Below are positions 1 to 9,177 of a DNA stretch of 16,416 bases, piece by piece. Origin of the DNA: Octopus sinensis (lineage: Eukaryota). The stretch is from positions 1-16,416 of the forward strand of contig NW_021825184.1 of NCBI RefSeq assembly GCF_006345805.1, written 5' to 3'. Under the pieces are notes generated by a model. The model saw only the letters and a program-made list of their open reading frames with translations. It made no database searches and was not told the origin of the DNA. How positions within the stretch are numbered: the first letter of the stretch is position 1; every line of letters begins with the position of its first letter. Position numbers and translations under genes: made by a program.

Positions 1-82
1 ACCACCACAACCACCAACACCGCCGTCGCCGTCATTAACTCCAACCACCACCACCACCACCACTACCATGAGAAACCATCAC
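1..82. repeat. (ACC)n-type degenerate microsatellite
   Basis: Runs of accaccacc/aaccacc seen directly. Confidence 0.85.
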
Positions 83-225
83 ACCACACTTCCTCGTGTC
101 TTTAATGGGAAATTTCAAGGTTACATTAATTATTTTATGGCCACATTCCAAACTTAAAATGCAATTTAACTTGTTTTCTTTTTCTTTTTCTTTCTTTTAT
201 CCCAGTAATTCCAATATCATTTCAG

Positions 226-445
226 AGCAGCGAGCAGGCAGAATCGCCAACGCTCCGGACAAAATTGCTTAGCTTCATTTCGTCCGTCTTCACGTTCTGA
301 GTTCAAATACCGTCGGGGTCGACTTTGCCTTTTATCCTTTCGGGTGTCGATGAAATAAGTACCAGTGAGACACTGGGGTCGATATAACCGACCTACCCCC
401 TCCCCCGAAATTTCAGGCTTTGTGCTTATGGTAGAGAGGACTATT
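226..445 (+). mobile_element. tRNA-derived SINE, family A (octopus OK-like), near full length
   Basis: A-box-like AGGCAGAATCG at 237-247 and B-box GAGTTCAAATACC at 299-311. The body GTCGACTTTGCCTTT..TAAGTACCAG..CTGGGGTCGAT recurs many times in the window. Family name is from memory. Confidence 0.85.
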
Positions 446-451
446 GTTGAC

Positions 452-586
452 AAGGCTGGCAGGTTAGGTGGATGGATGGAGGCTAGTCGATTGCATTGAC
501 CCCAGTACATGACTGTTATTTTATTTTATCTACGCCCGAAAGGATGAAAGCAAAGTCGACCTTGGCGAAATTTGAACTCAGAACGT
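452..586 (-). mobile_element. Family A SINE, 5'-truncated
   Basis: Reverse complement reads ACGTTCTGAGTTCAAATTTCGCCAAGGTCGACTTTGC..TACTGGGGTCAATGCAATCGAC. Confidence 0.85.
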
Positions 587-589
587 CAA

Positions 590-770
590 CACTCCGGACA
601 AAATTGCTTAGGTTCATTTCGTCCGTCTTCACGTTCTAAGTTCAAATTCCGCCGTGGCTGACTTTGCCTTTCATAAAGTAACAGTCATATACTGGGGTCG
701 ATGCAATCGTCTAGCCTCCATCCTCCTATCCTCCAAGATTTCAGGCCTTGTGCCTATTGCAAACAGAATC
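590..770 (+). mobile_element. Family A SINE, 5'-truncated, with an internal deletion
   Basis: B-box AAGTTCAAATTCC at 638-650, body TACTGGGGTCGATGCAATCG, tail TTTCAGGCCTTGTGCC. Confidence 0.85.
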
Positions 771-800
771 ATCATGACTGTTCCTATTAATGGGGCAAGT

Positions 801-870
801 CCATTACATCGACCCCAGTGTAGCACTGGTACTTAATTCATCGAACCCCCCGAAAGGATGAAAGGCAAGG
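801..870 (-). mobile_element. Family A SINE body fragment
   Basis: Reverse complement reads CCTTGCCTTTCATCCTTTCGGGGGGTTCGATGAATTAAGTACCAGTGCTACACTGGGGTCGATGTAATGG. Confidence 0.8.
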
Positions 871-1145
871 TTTTGATATATATTGACGCAGTATATACTG
901 CTAAATGTTTCATGTGGGATGTTCGATATCGCATCTACATGTAGCACAAAAATTAACCGTGGTTAAAAAAAAGAATTATGCAGACCACATGCAGACTGAC
1001 ATACAGTAGTCCCAGACAGACAGACAGAATTTCGCTTTTATTATGATATTTATTATATGCGAAAGAAGGGCACTCAGCACATTTATTGAGAGTTATATAT
1101 CAGTCAATATTTCTGAGAACTGGTCATCGCTGAAATCTTTATCGA

Positions 1146-1709
1146 TTGGGTTGTCCGGAAAGTTCGTGCCGATTTTTAAAGGAAAAAAAAGGTCAATAAA
1201 TACTTGCCATTACATTTTTAATCAACCAAATATAAACCATTTTGTTGCACAATGCGTCTCCATATTTCCTTTGACTTGAAAATACCCTCTTCCCAGAACT
1301 GAGGTGGTTTCATGGCAAAGAATTCATCAAGCTATCTTTTTACGCCATCCAAGGAATTGAAATTTTTACCATTAAGACTATTCTGCAGAGACCTGAATAA
1401 ATGGGAATCCGAAGGAGCAATATCTGGTGAATATGGAGGGTGGGGTAACACATCCCATCCGAGCTGCAGCAATTTTTGTCTGGTTCCCAAAGCATCAAGT
1501 GCCGAGAATGAACTTTCTTATCTTCCATTTTAAAGGGTTACAGAATAAACACAGGTTATAAGAACATAAACCTTCTTCCACGAAAAGATAGCTTAAACTG
1601 TGCTCTAAATGGAGGTGTAGTCAAATCCTATTTTATGAACTCAACCATGTTCTAAAATAAGTCGAAAGGTAAACTACTGTAAATCGGTACGAACTTTCCG
1701 GACAACCAA
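1146..1709 (-). mobile_element. Mariner (Tc1/mariner, mellifera-subfamily-like) non-autonomous internal-deletion derivative, ~564 bp
   Basis: ~30-bp TIRs: TTGGGTTGTCCGGAAAGTTCGTGCCGATTT (1146-1175) and AAATCGGTACGAACTTTCCGGACAACCAA (1681-1709), differing by 1 mismatch and 1 indel. TA at 1710-1711; the left target site reads GA. Transposase remnants lie between the TIRs. Confidence 0.93.
1218..1528 (-). pseudogene. Mariner transposase remnant: N-terminal ~15 codons fused out of frame to the C-terminal ~90 codons
   Basis: N-terminus MEDKKVHSRHLMLW starts at ATG 1528. A second frame reads LGTRQKLLQLGWDVLPHPPYSPDIAPSDSHLFRSLQNSLNGKNFNSLDGVKR*LDEFFAMKPPQFWEEGIFKSKEIWRRIVQQNGLYLVD* (stop 1218-1220). 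It contains the mariner YSPD(L/I)APSD motif with the third D of DD34D, and a premature TAG at 1332-1334. Confidence 0.92.
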
Positions 1710-2395
1710 TATTTAACCTTCAAACAGCGGATATTATCCGTTGGTGTCTCATTCGACAACAGCGGACGGCATCATTTGGTGCTTCAAAACATCTTACATA
1801 GATATAGTAAAATTACAATAATCTAAGTGAAACATAACTTTCCCTTCTCAATCAAAAATCTAAAAACCTCTGGAATCTACCTCGTAAGAATAAAAATCAC
1901 TCCGAAGACAAAAAAAAAAGATTTTTTTTTTTTTTGTTTTACGTCCGTTTTGCACGTCCACATTCAAGTAACCATTTCCCGCCGTTTGAGAGTTGAACTT
2001 CGCTGACCTTGGTGAACAAGTTTGGTGTCTGTGATGCCACAAAAGCAACAGTGTCTATAAAGGAACAGGATATTCTAAAACGGAATATCCACTTCGACAC
2101 TACAGGCCACGAATGACTCTTGTGGAGTTGTGCATCGCGAGACAACACACCTCTTTGGATCAGGATGCCCAAGAGTGATTCAGGACAAATACAATCACGT
2201 AATAAGGTACTTTATGTAAACCGAGCCGCTGAGGTCAAGCGCTCTCCGACAGTCATAGGAAAACTCCACTTTTATTCGGATATGACAATATCAAAATACT
2301 TTGGAACCTTCTTGTCCGGGCGGATATGATCTGAGACGTCTGACCTCATTCTCTATTCCAAGAATGACTTTAGTGCAGTTACTGCTATCGACATA

Positions 2396-2520
2396 GAGTG
2401 GTCTAGTGGGTAAGACGGTTTGGTTCATGGTCATGATATGGTGGGTTCAATCCCTCGGACCGTTCCACAGTTTCTGTCCCTTAAAAAGGCACTTTATTAA
2501 CGTTGCTCCTGTTTGTTCAG
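2396..2520 (+). mobile_element. Degenerate tRNA-derived SINE, third family (5' part)
   Basis: A-box TGGTCTAGTGG at 2399-2409 and B-box GGGTTCAATCCC at 2443-2454, followed by TGTCCCTTAAAAAGGCACTTT, which resembles a SINE central domain. Confidence 0.65.
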
Positions 2521-2559
2521 TTAAAAGAAGTTGTACAGCTTGGTCTTGGTACAGCTCCC

Positions 2560-3003
2560 TTTCTCCCCCCCCTCTTTCCTTCTCTTTGCGTCATCCTTTC
2601 GGTCTCTAACTCTGTCTGTCTGTCTGTCTGTCTGTTTCTTTCTCTCCATCTCTCTCTCTATCTTTATCTCTAACTCTCTAACTCTCTCTCTCTGCGTCAC
2701 CCCTGGGTCTTTGCCTGTCTGTCTATCTGTCTCTCTCTCTCTCTCTCTCTGCGTCGTCCTCTCGCTCTCTATGTCCGACTGTCTGTCTCTTTCCCTTTCT
2801 CTCTCTTCGTCTCTCTGCATGTCTCTCTCTCTCTCGCTCTTTCGCTCTCTCTTTCCATCTCTCACTTTCCCTCAAATCGCGCCAACTTTATTCTTTATCA
2901 CTTCAGTGATGATAGCAATATTAGAGGTCCATGACTGGGGCCGTTCCCCCTTTCTCTCTCTTTCTCTCTTTCTCTTTTTTTTTCTCTCCCCCCTCTCTCT
3001 CTC
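2560..3003. repeat. (CT)n/(TCTG)n compound microsatellite region
   Basis: Seen directly; interrupted by unique sequence at ~2870-2945. Confidence 0.9.
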
Positions 3004-3267
3004 CAGCTGTCAAATTCTGAATGTTTCTTCCGCAAGATTAAAGCGGTAGAAAAGTCGTGAGGACGGGAGCCTTCGTCTGCTTTCGACTGACTACACAAGA
3101 CCCCTAAAACAATTAGCATAGAATACATTATCAAGCCATATTCCTTCCGCTGATGACAGACACCTCTTAAAATGCGGTGTAGAAACGACGCGAAAAAAGA
3201 ATCTAAGGAATTGCGCTGTTCTAAATGTGGAACTAAAAGACAAAAACAAAAACAAAAACGGTCGAAG

Positions 3268-3450
3268 GCTTGGCAGTGTGGTAAGAAGTCGCATGATTGA
3301 CAACCGATGCTGGTGTGTTTACGTCCTCGTAACTTAGCGATTCGGCAAAGGCTTTTAAGAAATAAATCCTAGGGTCGATTTGCTCGACTAAAGGCGATGC
3401 TCCAGCATGGCCGCAGTCAAATGACTGAAACAAGTAAAAGAGTAAGGAGT
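3268..3450 (+). mobile_element. Family B SINE (octopus OR-like, CORE-type), internally deleted
   Basis: Head TGGCAGTGTGGTAAGAAG is joined directly to the 3' domain TTGACAACCGATGCTGG..GCTCCAGCATGGCCGCAGTCAAATGACTGAAACAAG and a TAAAAGAG tail. Confidence 0.85.
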
Positions 3451-3701
3451 ATATATTCATATACAAATACTTAGTTATTCTAAATCGTATAAAGTAGCAA
3501 TGATGAATTATTTGAATTCTAACGCTCACGCTGCTAAACATAGGTACGATTTTGAACCAGTATATTTTTGCAATTCGGCTCTCATTTACATAGAATTTTG
3601 CCTGTCTTTTGAACCAAGGCCCCGAAGAGACTTGTATACATAGATAGAAGTTTCTATAAATCAAATAATCTATATAAGGTCGAAGCTAATTTTTGGCTCT
3701 A

Positions 3702-4123
3702 TTTACTCTTTACTCTTTTACTCTTTTACTTGTTTCAGTCATTTGACTGCGGCCATGCTGGAGCACCGCCTTTAATCGAGCAACTCGACCCCGGAACTCA
3801 TTCTTTTTGTAAGCCCAGTACTTATTCTATCGGTCTCTTTTGCCGAACCGCTACGTAACAGGGACATAAACACACCAGCATCGGTTGTGAAGCAATGCTA
3901 GGCGGACAAACACAGACACACAAACAAACACACATACGTATATATATATACATATATATACGACAGGCTTCTTTCAGTTTCCGTCTACCAAATCCACTCA
4001 CAAGGCATTGGTCGGCCCGGGGCTATAGCAGAAGACACTCGCCCAAGATGCCACGCAGTGGGACTGAACCCGGAACCATGTGGTTGGTTAGCAATCTACT
4101 TACCACACAGCCACTCCTGCGCC
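3702..4123 (-). mobile_element. Family B SINE, full length (tRNA head, CORE-like domain, internal CA/TA microsatellite, 3' domain, (TAAAAGAG)n tail)
   Basis: Reverse complement: GGCGCAGGAGTGGCTGTGTGGTAAG (A-box), GGGTTCAGTCCC (B-box), CATCTTGGGCGAGTGTCTT (similar to the MIR/CORE CCTTGGGCAAGT motif), and a tail of TAAAAGAG repeats at 3702-3730. Confidence 0.92.
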
Positions 4124-4344
4124 TATATGTGCTTTGTTTTTAAATTTTGCTGTTATATTATATGTATTATATTATATTATAATGTAAATAAATTATTAGT
4201 TTATCAGTTGTGTTTCTCTAATTCATTTAATATTAGTATTTGTAATTATTCCCCCCTTTCTCTGTGGTATTCAACTGCTGCCACCTGTGAACTGAATATT
4301 TACATCCCTTTGAAGGAATTGTTTTTCCTTTCTTTTATCTTATT

Positions 4345-4355
4345 ACATATATATA

Positions 4356-4415
<60 letters not shown>

Positions 4416-4452
4416 ATATATATATATAAATAGATATATATATATATGTATG

Positions 4453-4490
<38 letters not shown>

Positions 4491-4534
4491 AAAGATATAT
4501 ATATATATATATATATTATATAATATATATATTA

Positions 4535-4565
<31 letters not shown>

Positions 4566-4911
4566 ATATATATAATACAAACATATATATATATACATAT
4601 GCATATATATATATATATATATAAATGTATCTATATATATATATATTATATATAGATATATATATATATATATATATCTTTATATATCCATATATATATA
4701 CTATATAATATATATATATATATATATATAATATATATATATAAATGCTTAGTATTACTTAAACCCTAATTACTATATATTATATATATATATAATATAC
4801 ATACATATATATATATACATATGCATATATATATTATATAATATATATATATACATACATATATACATATATATATATACATATGCATATATATATTATA
4901 TATGCATATAT

Positions 4912-4960
<49 letters not shown>

Positions 4961-5061
4961 TATAATATATATATATATATACAATAATATGTTACATTAC
5001 TCGATAGTCAAGATAAATATTGAGGTCTCTTTCTTTCTTTTGTTATCTTACCGTTTTACCA

Positions 5062-5087
<26 letters not shown>
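4345..5087. repeat. Long complex (TA)n array with TACA/TGCA variants and short unique islands (4741-4775, 4981-5062)
   Basis: Seen directly; the sub-unit atatatatacatatgcatatat recurs several times. Confidence 0.92.
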
Positions 5088-5090
<3 letters not shown>

Positions 5091-5092
<2 letters not shown>

Positions 5093-5268
5093 ACTTTGCT
5101 TCACTTCGTGTGTCTTTCTGTTCTGAGTTCAAATTCCGCTAACGTCGAGACTTTGTCCTCCATCCTTTTAGCCTTCGGTGAATTAAGTACGGGTCAAGAA
5201 CTGGGGTCGATGTAATTCACCGAAACCTTACCCCAAACTTTCTGGGCAGCAGCCAAAACTTGAAACCA
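5091..5268 (+). mobile_element. Family A SINE, 5'-truncated and diverged
   Basis: GTTCTGAGTTCAAATTCCGC, ACTGGGGTCGATGTAAT, and tail GCCAAAACTTGAAACC. Confidence 0.8.
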
Positions 5269-5378
5269 TTGTTGTTGTTTTTGTTTTTGCAGTTGCTTTA
5301 TTGCTTTCGTTATTGTTTTGTTGTTATTTTTATTATTATTAATATTATTATTATTATTATTATTAATATTATTATTTA

Positions 5379-5439
<61 letters not shown>

Positions 5440-5495
5440 TATTATTATTATTATTATTATATTATTATTATTATTATATTATTATTATTATATTA

Positions 5496-5530
<35 letters not shown>

Positions 5531-5578
5531 TTTTATTATTATATTATTATTATTATTATTATTATATTATTATTATTT
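5269..5578. repeat. (GTT)n then (ATT)n microsatellite
   Basis: Seen directly. Confidence 0.95.
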
Positions 5579-5924
5579 CAACGAGGTAGGGGGTTGTCTT
5601 CCTGGCGAATTCGCCTTGAAGTTAAAAGGATAGGGAAGGAACGATATATATATATATATATATATATGGGACCATTGTAAGCAGGTATCAGAATGTAATT
5701 AGTAGGGCTTTCAATTGATTAATTAAGTAGATTGTCGCTCGAAGGGCCTTCTAGAGGGATACATATTATTGTTCAATTATTCATCTATTACTTATTTTGT
5801 GCTAATATATTCATTTTTTTTTTTTGCTGTTTGCGTCAATTTTTTATGATAATTTTTGTTCAACAATGGAAACCACGTAGGTTTATACGTAATGCGTGAG
5901 TCTGCGAGAATGTCTGTGACTGAG

Positions 5925-5942
5925 TGCATGTGTGTGTGTGTG

Positions 5943-5984
<42 letters not shown>

Positions 5985-5990
5985 CATGCG
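5925..5990. repeat. (TG)n microsatellite
   Basis: Seen directly. Confidence 0.95.
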
Positions 5991-6077
5991 TGGAAATAAT
6001 TTTGTTACATTTTTTCTGAATTCAACTTGTATAAGTACATTCGTGGCTCTGTGCCAATGTGAGAAATGAGAAATCGT

Positions 6078-6118
6078 TATCGCCGTCGTCGTCGTCGTCA
6101 TCGTCATCATCATCATTA

Positions 6119-6151
<33 letters not shown>

Positions 6152-6455
6152 GCTGCAATAGCACAGCTTCTGCGGGCAGTAGCTACGACATCACCATCAT
6201 CATCATCATCGTCGTCGTCATCATCATCATCGTCATTGTCATCGTCATCGTCATCATCATCATCATCATCATCATCGTCATCATCATCATCATCATCATT
6301 ATCATCATCATCATCATCATTATGTTCATCATCATTATCATCAGGTGCAATAGCACAGTTTCTGCGGGCAGCAGCTACACCATCACCATCATCATCATCA
6401 TCGTCATCCTCATTGTCGTCGTCATCATCATCGTCGTCGTCGTCATCGTCATCAA
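6078..6455. repeat. (CAT/CGT)n microsatellite containing a duplicated 37-bp unique core
   Basis: Cores at 6150-6186 and 6342-6378 (see findings). Confidence 0.9.
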
Positions 6456-6599
6456 AATTCTCACCATCGTCTTCAGCAAGATGTTATGGGTCAGGATCGA
6501 ACCCTCCAATGATCGATGGAGTCCGTCTGAGTAAATCGATTCTTCCTGGTCAAAGCTACATTCACTAATGATGGATGGCACTCAATAATAACAAACGAA

Positions 6600-6972
6600 G
6601 ACGGTGAGCTGGCAGAGTGGTTAGCACGCCGGGCGAAATGCTTTGCAGTATTTTGTCTGCCGCTACGTTCTGAGTTCAAATTCCGCCGAGGTCGACTTTG
6701 CCTTTCATCCTTTCGAGGTCGATTAAATAAGTACCAGTTACGCACTGGGGTCAATATAATCGACTTAATCCGTTTGTCTGTCCTTGTTCGTCCTCTCTGT
6801 GTTTAGCCCCCTGTGGGTAGCAAAGAAATAGGTATTTCGTCTGTCTTTACGTTCTGAGTTCAAATTCCGCCAAGGTCGAATTTGCCTTTCAGCCTTTTGG
6901 AGCCGGTCGACCTAATCGACTGGCCCTCTCCCTCCAAATTTCGAACCTTGTGCCTAGAGCAGAAAAGAATAA
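6600..6972 (+). mobile_element. Composite family A SINE: full head, body and long 3' module, followed by a second headless body
   Basis: A-box TGGCAGAGTGG at 6610-6620 and B-box GAGTTCAAATTCC at 6672-6684. The module ends AAAGAAATA at 6830; a second body starts GGTATTTCG at 6831 and has its own B-box. Confidence 0.9.
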
Positions 6973-6985
6973 TAACAGACAGACA

Positions 6986-7192
6986 ATGGCTACCGAGCTG
7001 GCAGACTGGTCACCGTGCCGGCATATCTTCGGACTCGTTACGTTCTGAGTTCAAATTCCCTCGAGGTCGACTCTGCTTTTCATCCTTTCAAGGGTCGATA
7101 ATATAAACTAACAGTCAAGTACTGGGGTCGATGTAAACGATTTTTCCCCTCTCCTCAAACCTGCTGACCTTGTTCCAAAATTAGAAAGAACA
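6986..7192 (+). mobile_element. Family A SINE, diverged, near full length
   Basis: GAGCTGGCAGACTGG head, GAGTTCAAATTCC B-box, tail CCTTGTTCCAAAATTAGAAAG. Confidence 0.85.
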
Positions 7193-7235
7193 TCATATAT
7201 ACATACATGATTACATGCGCGTATATACATGCATA

Positions 7236-7392
7236 AGTGCATTATATATATATATATATATATATAGATGCATATGTGACCATCTTCTATACATTTTCCT
7301 CTCTCTGTCTCTCTCCTTTATTCTCTTACTCTCTCTGTCTCTTTCTCTTTCTCTCTCTTTCCTCTTTCTTTCTCCATTCTCTCTCTTTTCCG
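7236..7392. repeat. (TA)n and (CT)n microsatellites
   Basis: Seen directly. Confidence 0.8.
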
Positions 7393-7680
7393 CCAGAAAC
7401 GCCTTTCTCCACTTTCCTTCTTCCTGTCATGACTGACTGTCCATCCCAAGTAATAACTGGTACTTGAGATTTAGCTCAAAATATATCTGCAGATCATTCG
7501 CGAAGGGAAGGTCACTGTTCTCTGATGTAAGGAATTTTCCAGGATGGTTCTCAGAAAAATGGTTGGTCACGAGTGCTCCACCATTCCTCCTTCCTCTATT
7601 ATTACACACATTACATTTAGTTATGGCATGCATTCCACTTATACGCATTGTTATGTGCATACGTAAAGCTATGTTTTATA

Positions 7681-7820
7681 GGAGCGGCCGTGGCTGTGTG
7701 GTTGAGAAGGCTAGCTTTTCAACCATATGGTCTTGGGTTCAGTCCCACTGCGCAGTATCTTGGGCAAGTGTCTTGTACGATAGCTCCTGGTCGGCCAGTG
7801 CCTTGCGAAGGGATTTGGGT
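7681..7820 (+). mobile_element. Family B SINE, 5' half (head and CORE-like domain)
   Basis: TGGCTGTGTGGTTGAGAAG, GGGTTCAGTCCCACTGCG, TCTTGGGCAAGTGTCTT. Confidence 0.85.
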
Positions 7821-8032
7821 GTGGTCGACTTTTTTTTATCACTTATTCACCCTGTTGCCCCCATAGAAAAATTAATCCACCAATTACTATTTTAAGTTCA
7901 GTCACTTACTCAACATCCCGAGGCGACACATACCCAAAATTGTATGATTTGAATATATCAAGCTTTCATCTTCTTCTCGAGGTTCTTCTTTTTTGCCTTT
8001 TCTTTTCTCTTATTTAAGTATTCTTCTTCTCC

Positions 8033-8141
8033 CTGATGAAGCTCCATGTTCCTGATCGGATGTATTACCAAATATGATGAATATTATTTTCAGAATGTTC
8101 AATGGCAATACCGTAGGACATTGGAAGCAGAAACAGCTGTT
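8033..8141 (+). ncRNA. Degenerate type I hammerhead-like motif (stem I not recognisable)
   Basis: CTGATGA at 8033-8039, a long irregular hairpin at 8041-8128, GAAA at 8130-8133, palindromic CAGCTG at 8134-8139, and a GUU triplet at 8139-8141. Confidence 0.45.
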
Positions 8142-8304
8142 AGTCTATTTGTATTAAAAAATAATAGTTAATGTTAGTTAAATGTTGTTGATCAATATTT
8201 CGGTTTTCTCATTTCTCTGCTTACATCTACCCAACCCCACCGAAAGCTATTTACACACAGAAACTCCTCCCCTCTCCTTCCATCTCTCTCTTCCTCTATC
8301 CATC

Positions 8305-8309
8305 CGTCC

Positions 8310-8355
<46 letters not shown>

Positions 8356-8356
8356 A

Positions 8357-8420
<64 letters not shown>

Positions 8421-8429
8421 GTATATCTA

Positions 8430-8481
<52 letters not shown>

Positions 8482-8488
8482 CCTACCA

Positions 8489-8519
<31 letters not shown>

Positions 8520-8539
8520 CTGTCTGTCTGTCTGTTTAC

Positions 8540-8607
<68 letters not shown>

Positions 8608-8642
8608 ATGCAAACATATATATGTATATGTATTTGTATATA

Positions 8643-8678
<36 letters not shown>

Positions 8679-8765
8679 TGTATGTATGTATGTATGTATG
8701 TATGTATGTATGTATGTATGTACACACATGTGTATGTGTGTGCGTTGTGTGCGCATGTGTGTATG
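8305..8765. repeat. (TCTA)n/(TCTG)n, (TATG)n and (TG)n compound microsatellite
   Basis: Seen directly. Confidence 0.95.
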
Positions 8766-9177
8766 TGGGGGCGAGTGTATAGCCAAGGGGACTATTAATA
8801 CTTAATTGGTCTGACATCCAGCTTCTCTTTCTTCATTGTATTGTATCAAAACGTGATGCCTTTAGCTCTACCTAAACATACCAAGCCTCCTTTTCATTCT
8901 TACCTCGTTTTCATTTTCTTGCTTACTTTTTATCCGCCATTTTCCGGTTTCTTTTTTCTTTAAACCAAATCTTACTTTTCATTTCGGCAATGTTTCTCGG
9001 TTAATTACTTGAATAGCGAATTTACAACAGCAGTTATTTACAGACATCTTGTACTGTTGCTAGAATCTGTCATCTACGCTTGTTGTCTCATTATACATTC
9101 TTCCCTCTGCACATCGTTTTGATTTTTAAAAGAATCTGTATTGCATTGACGAAAACAAGAGTGCATGCACGAGCATA

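Noticed and set aside
888-966. Cluster of short palindromes (GCAGTATATACTGC, CGATATCG, CTACATGTAG, TTAACC-GT-GGTTAA)
   Set aside because: Each is within chance expectation for 16 kb of AT-rich DNA, and they share no sequence.
3141-3210. CTGATGA (3150-3156), ACACC/GGTGT hairpin and GAAAC (3182-3186), resembling a hammerhead
   Set aside because: Stem II is offset from the core by 3 nt, stem III cannot form with a correctly placed NUH, and stem I pairs only distally. At best a heavily decayed relic.
5260-6568. Poly-Ile, poly-Leu, poly-Ser and poly-Met ORFs; similar poly-His/Pro/Gly ORFs at 12248-12845 and 14649-15762
   Set aside because: Trinucleotide microsatellite read-throughs with no domain, splice or codon-bias evidence.
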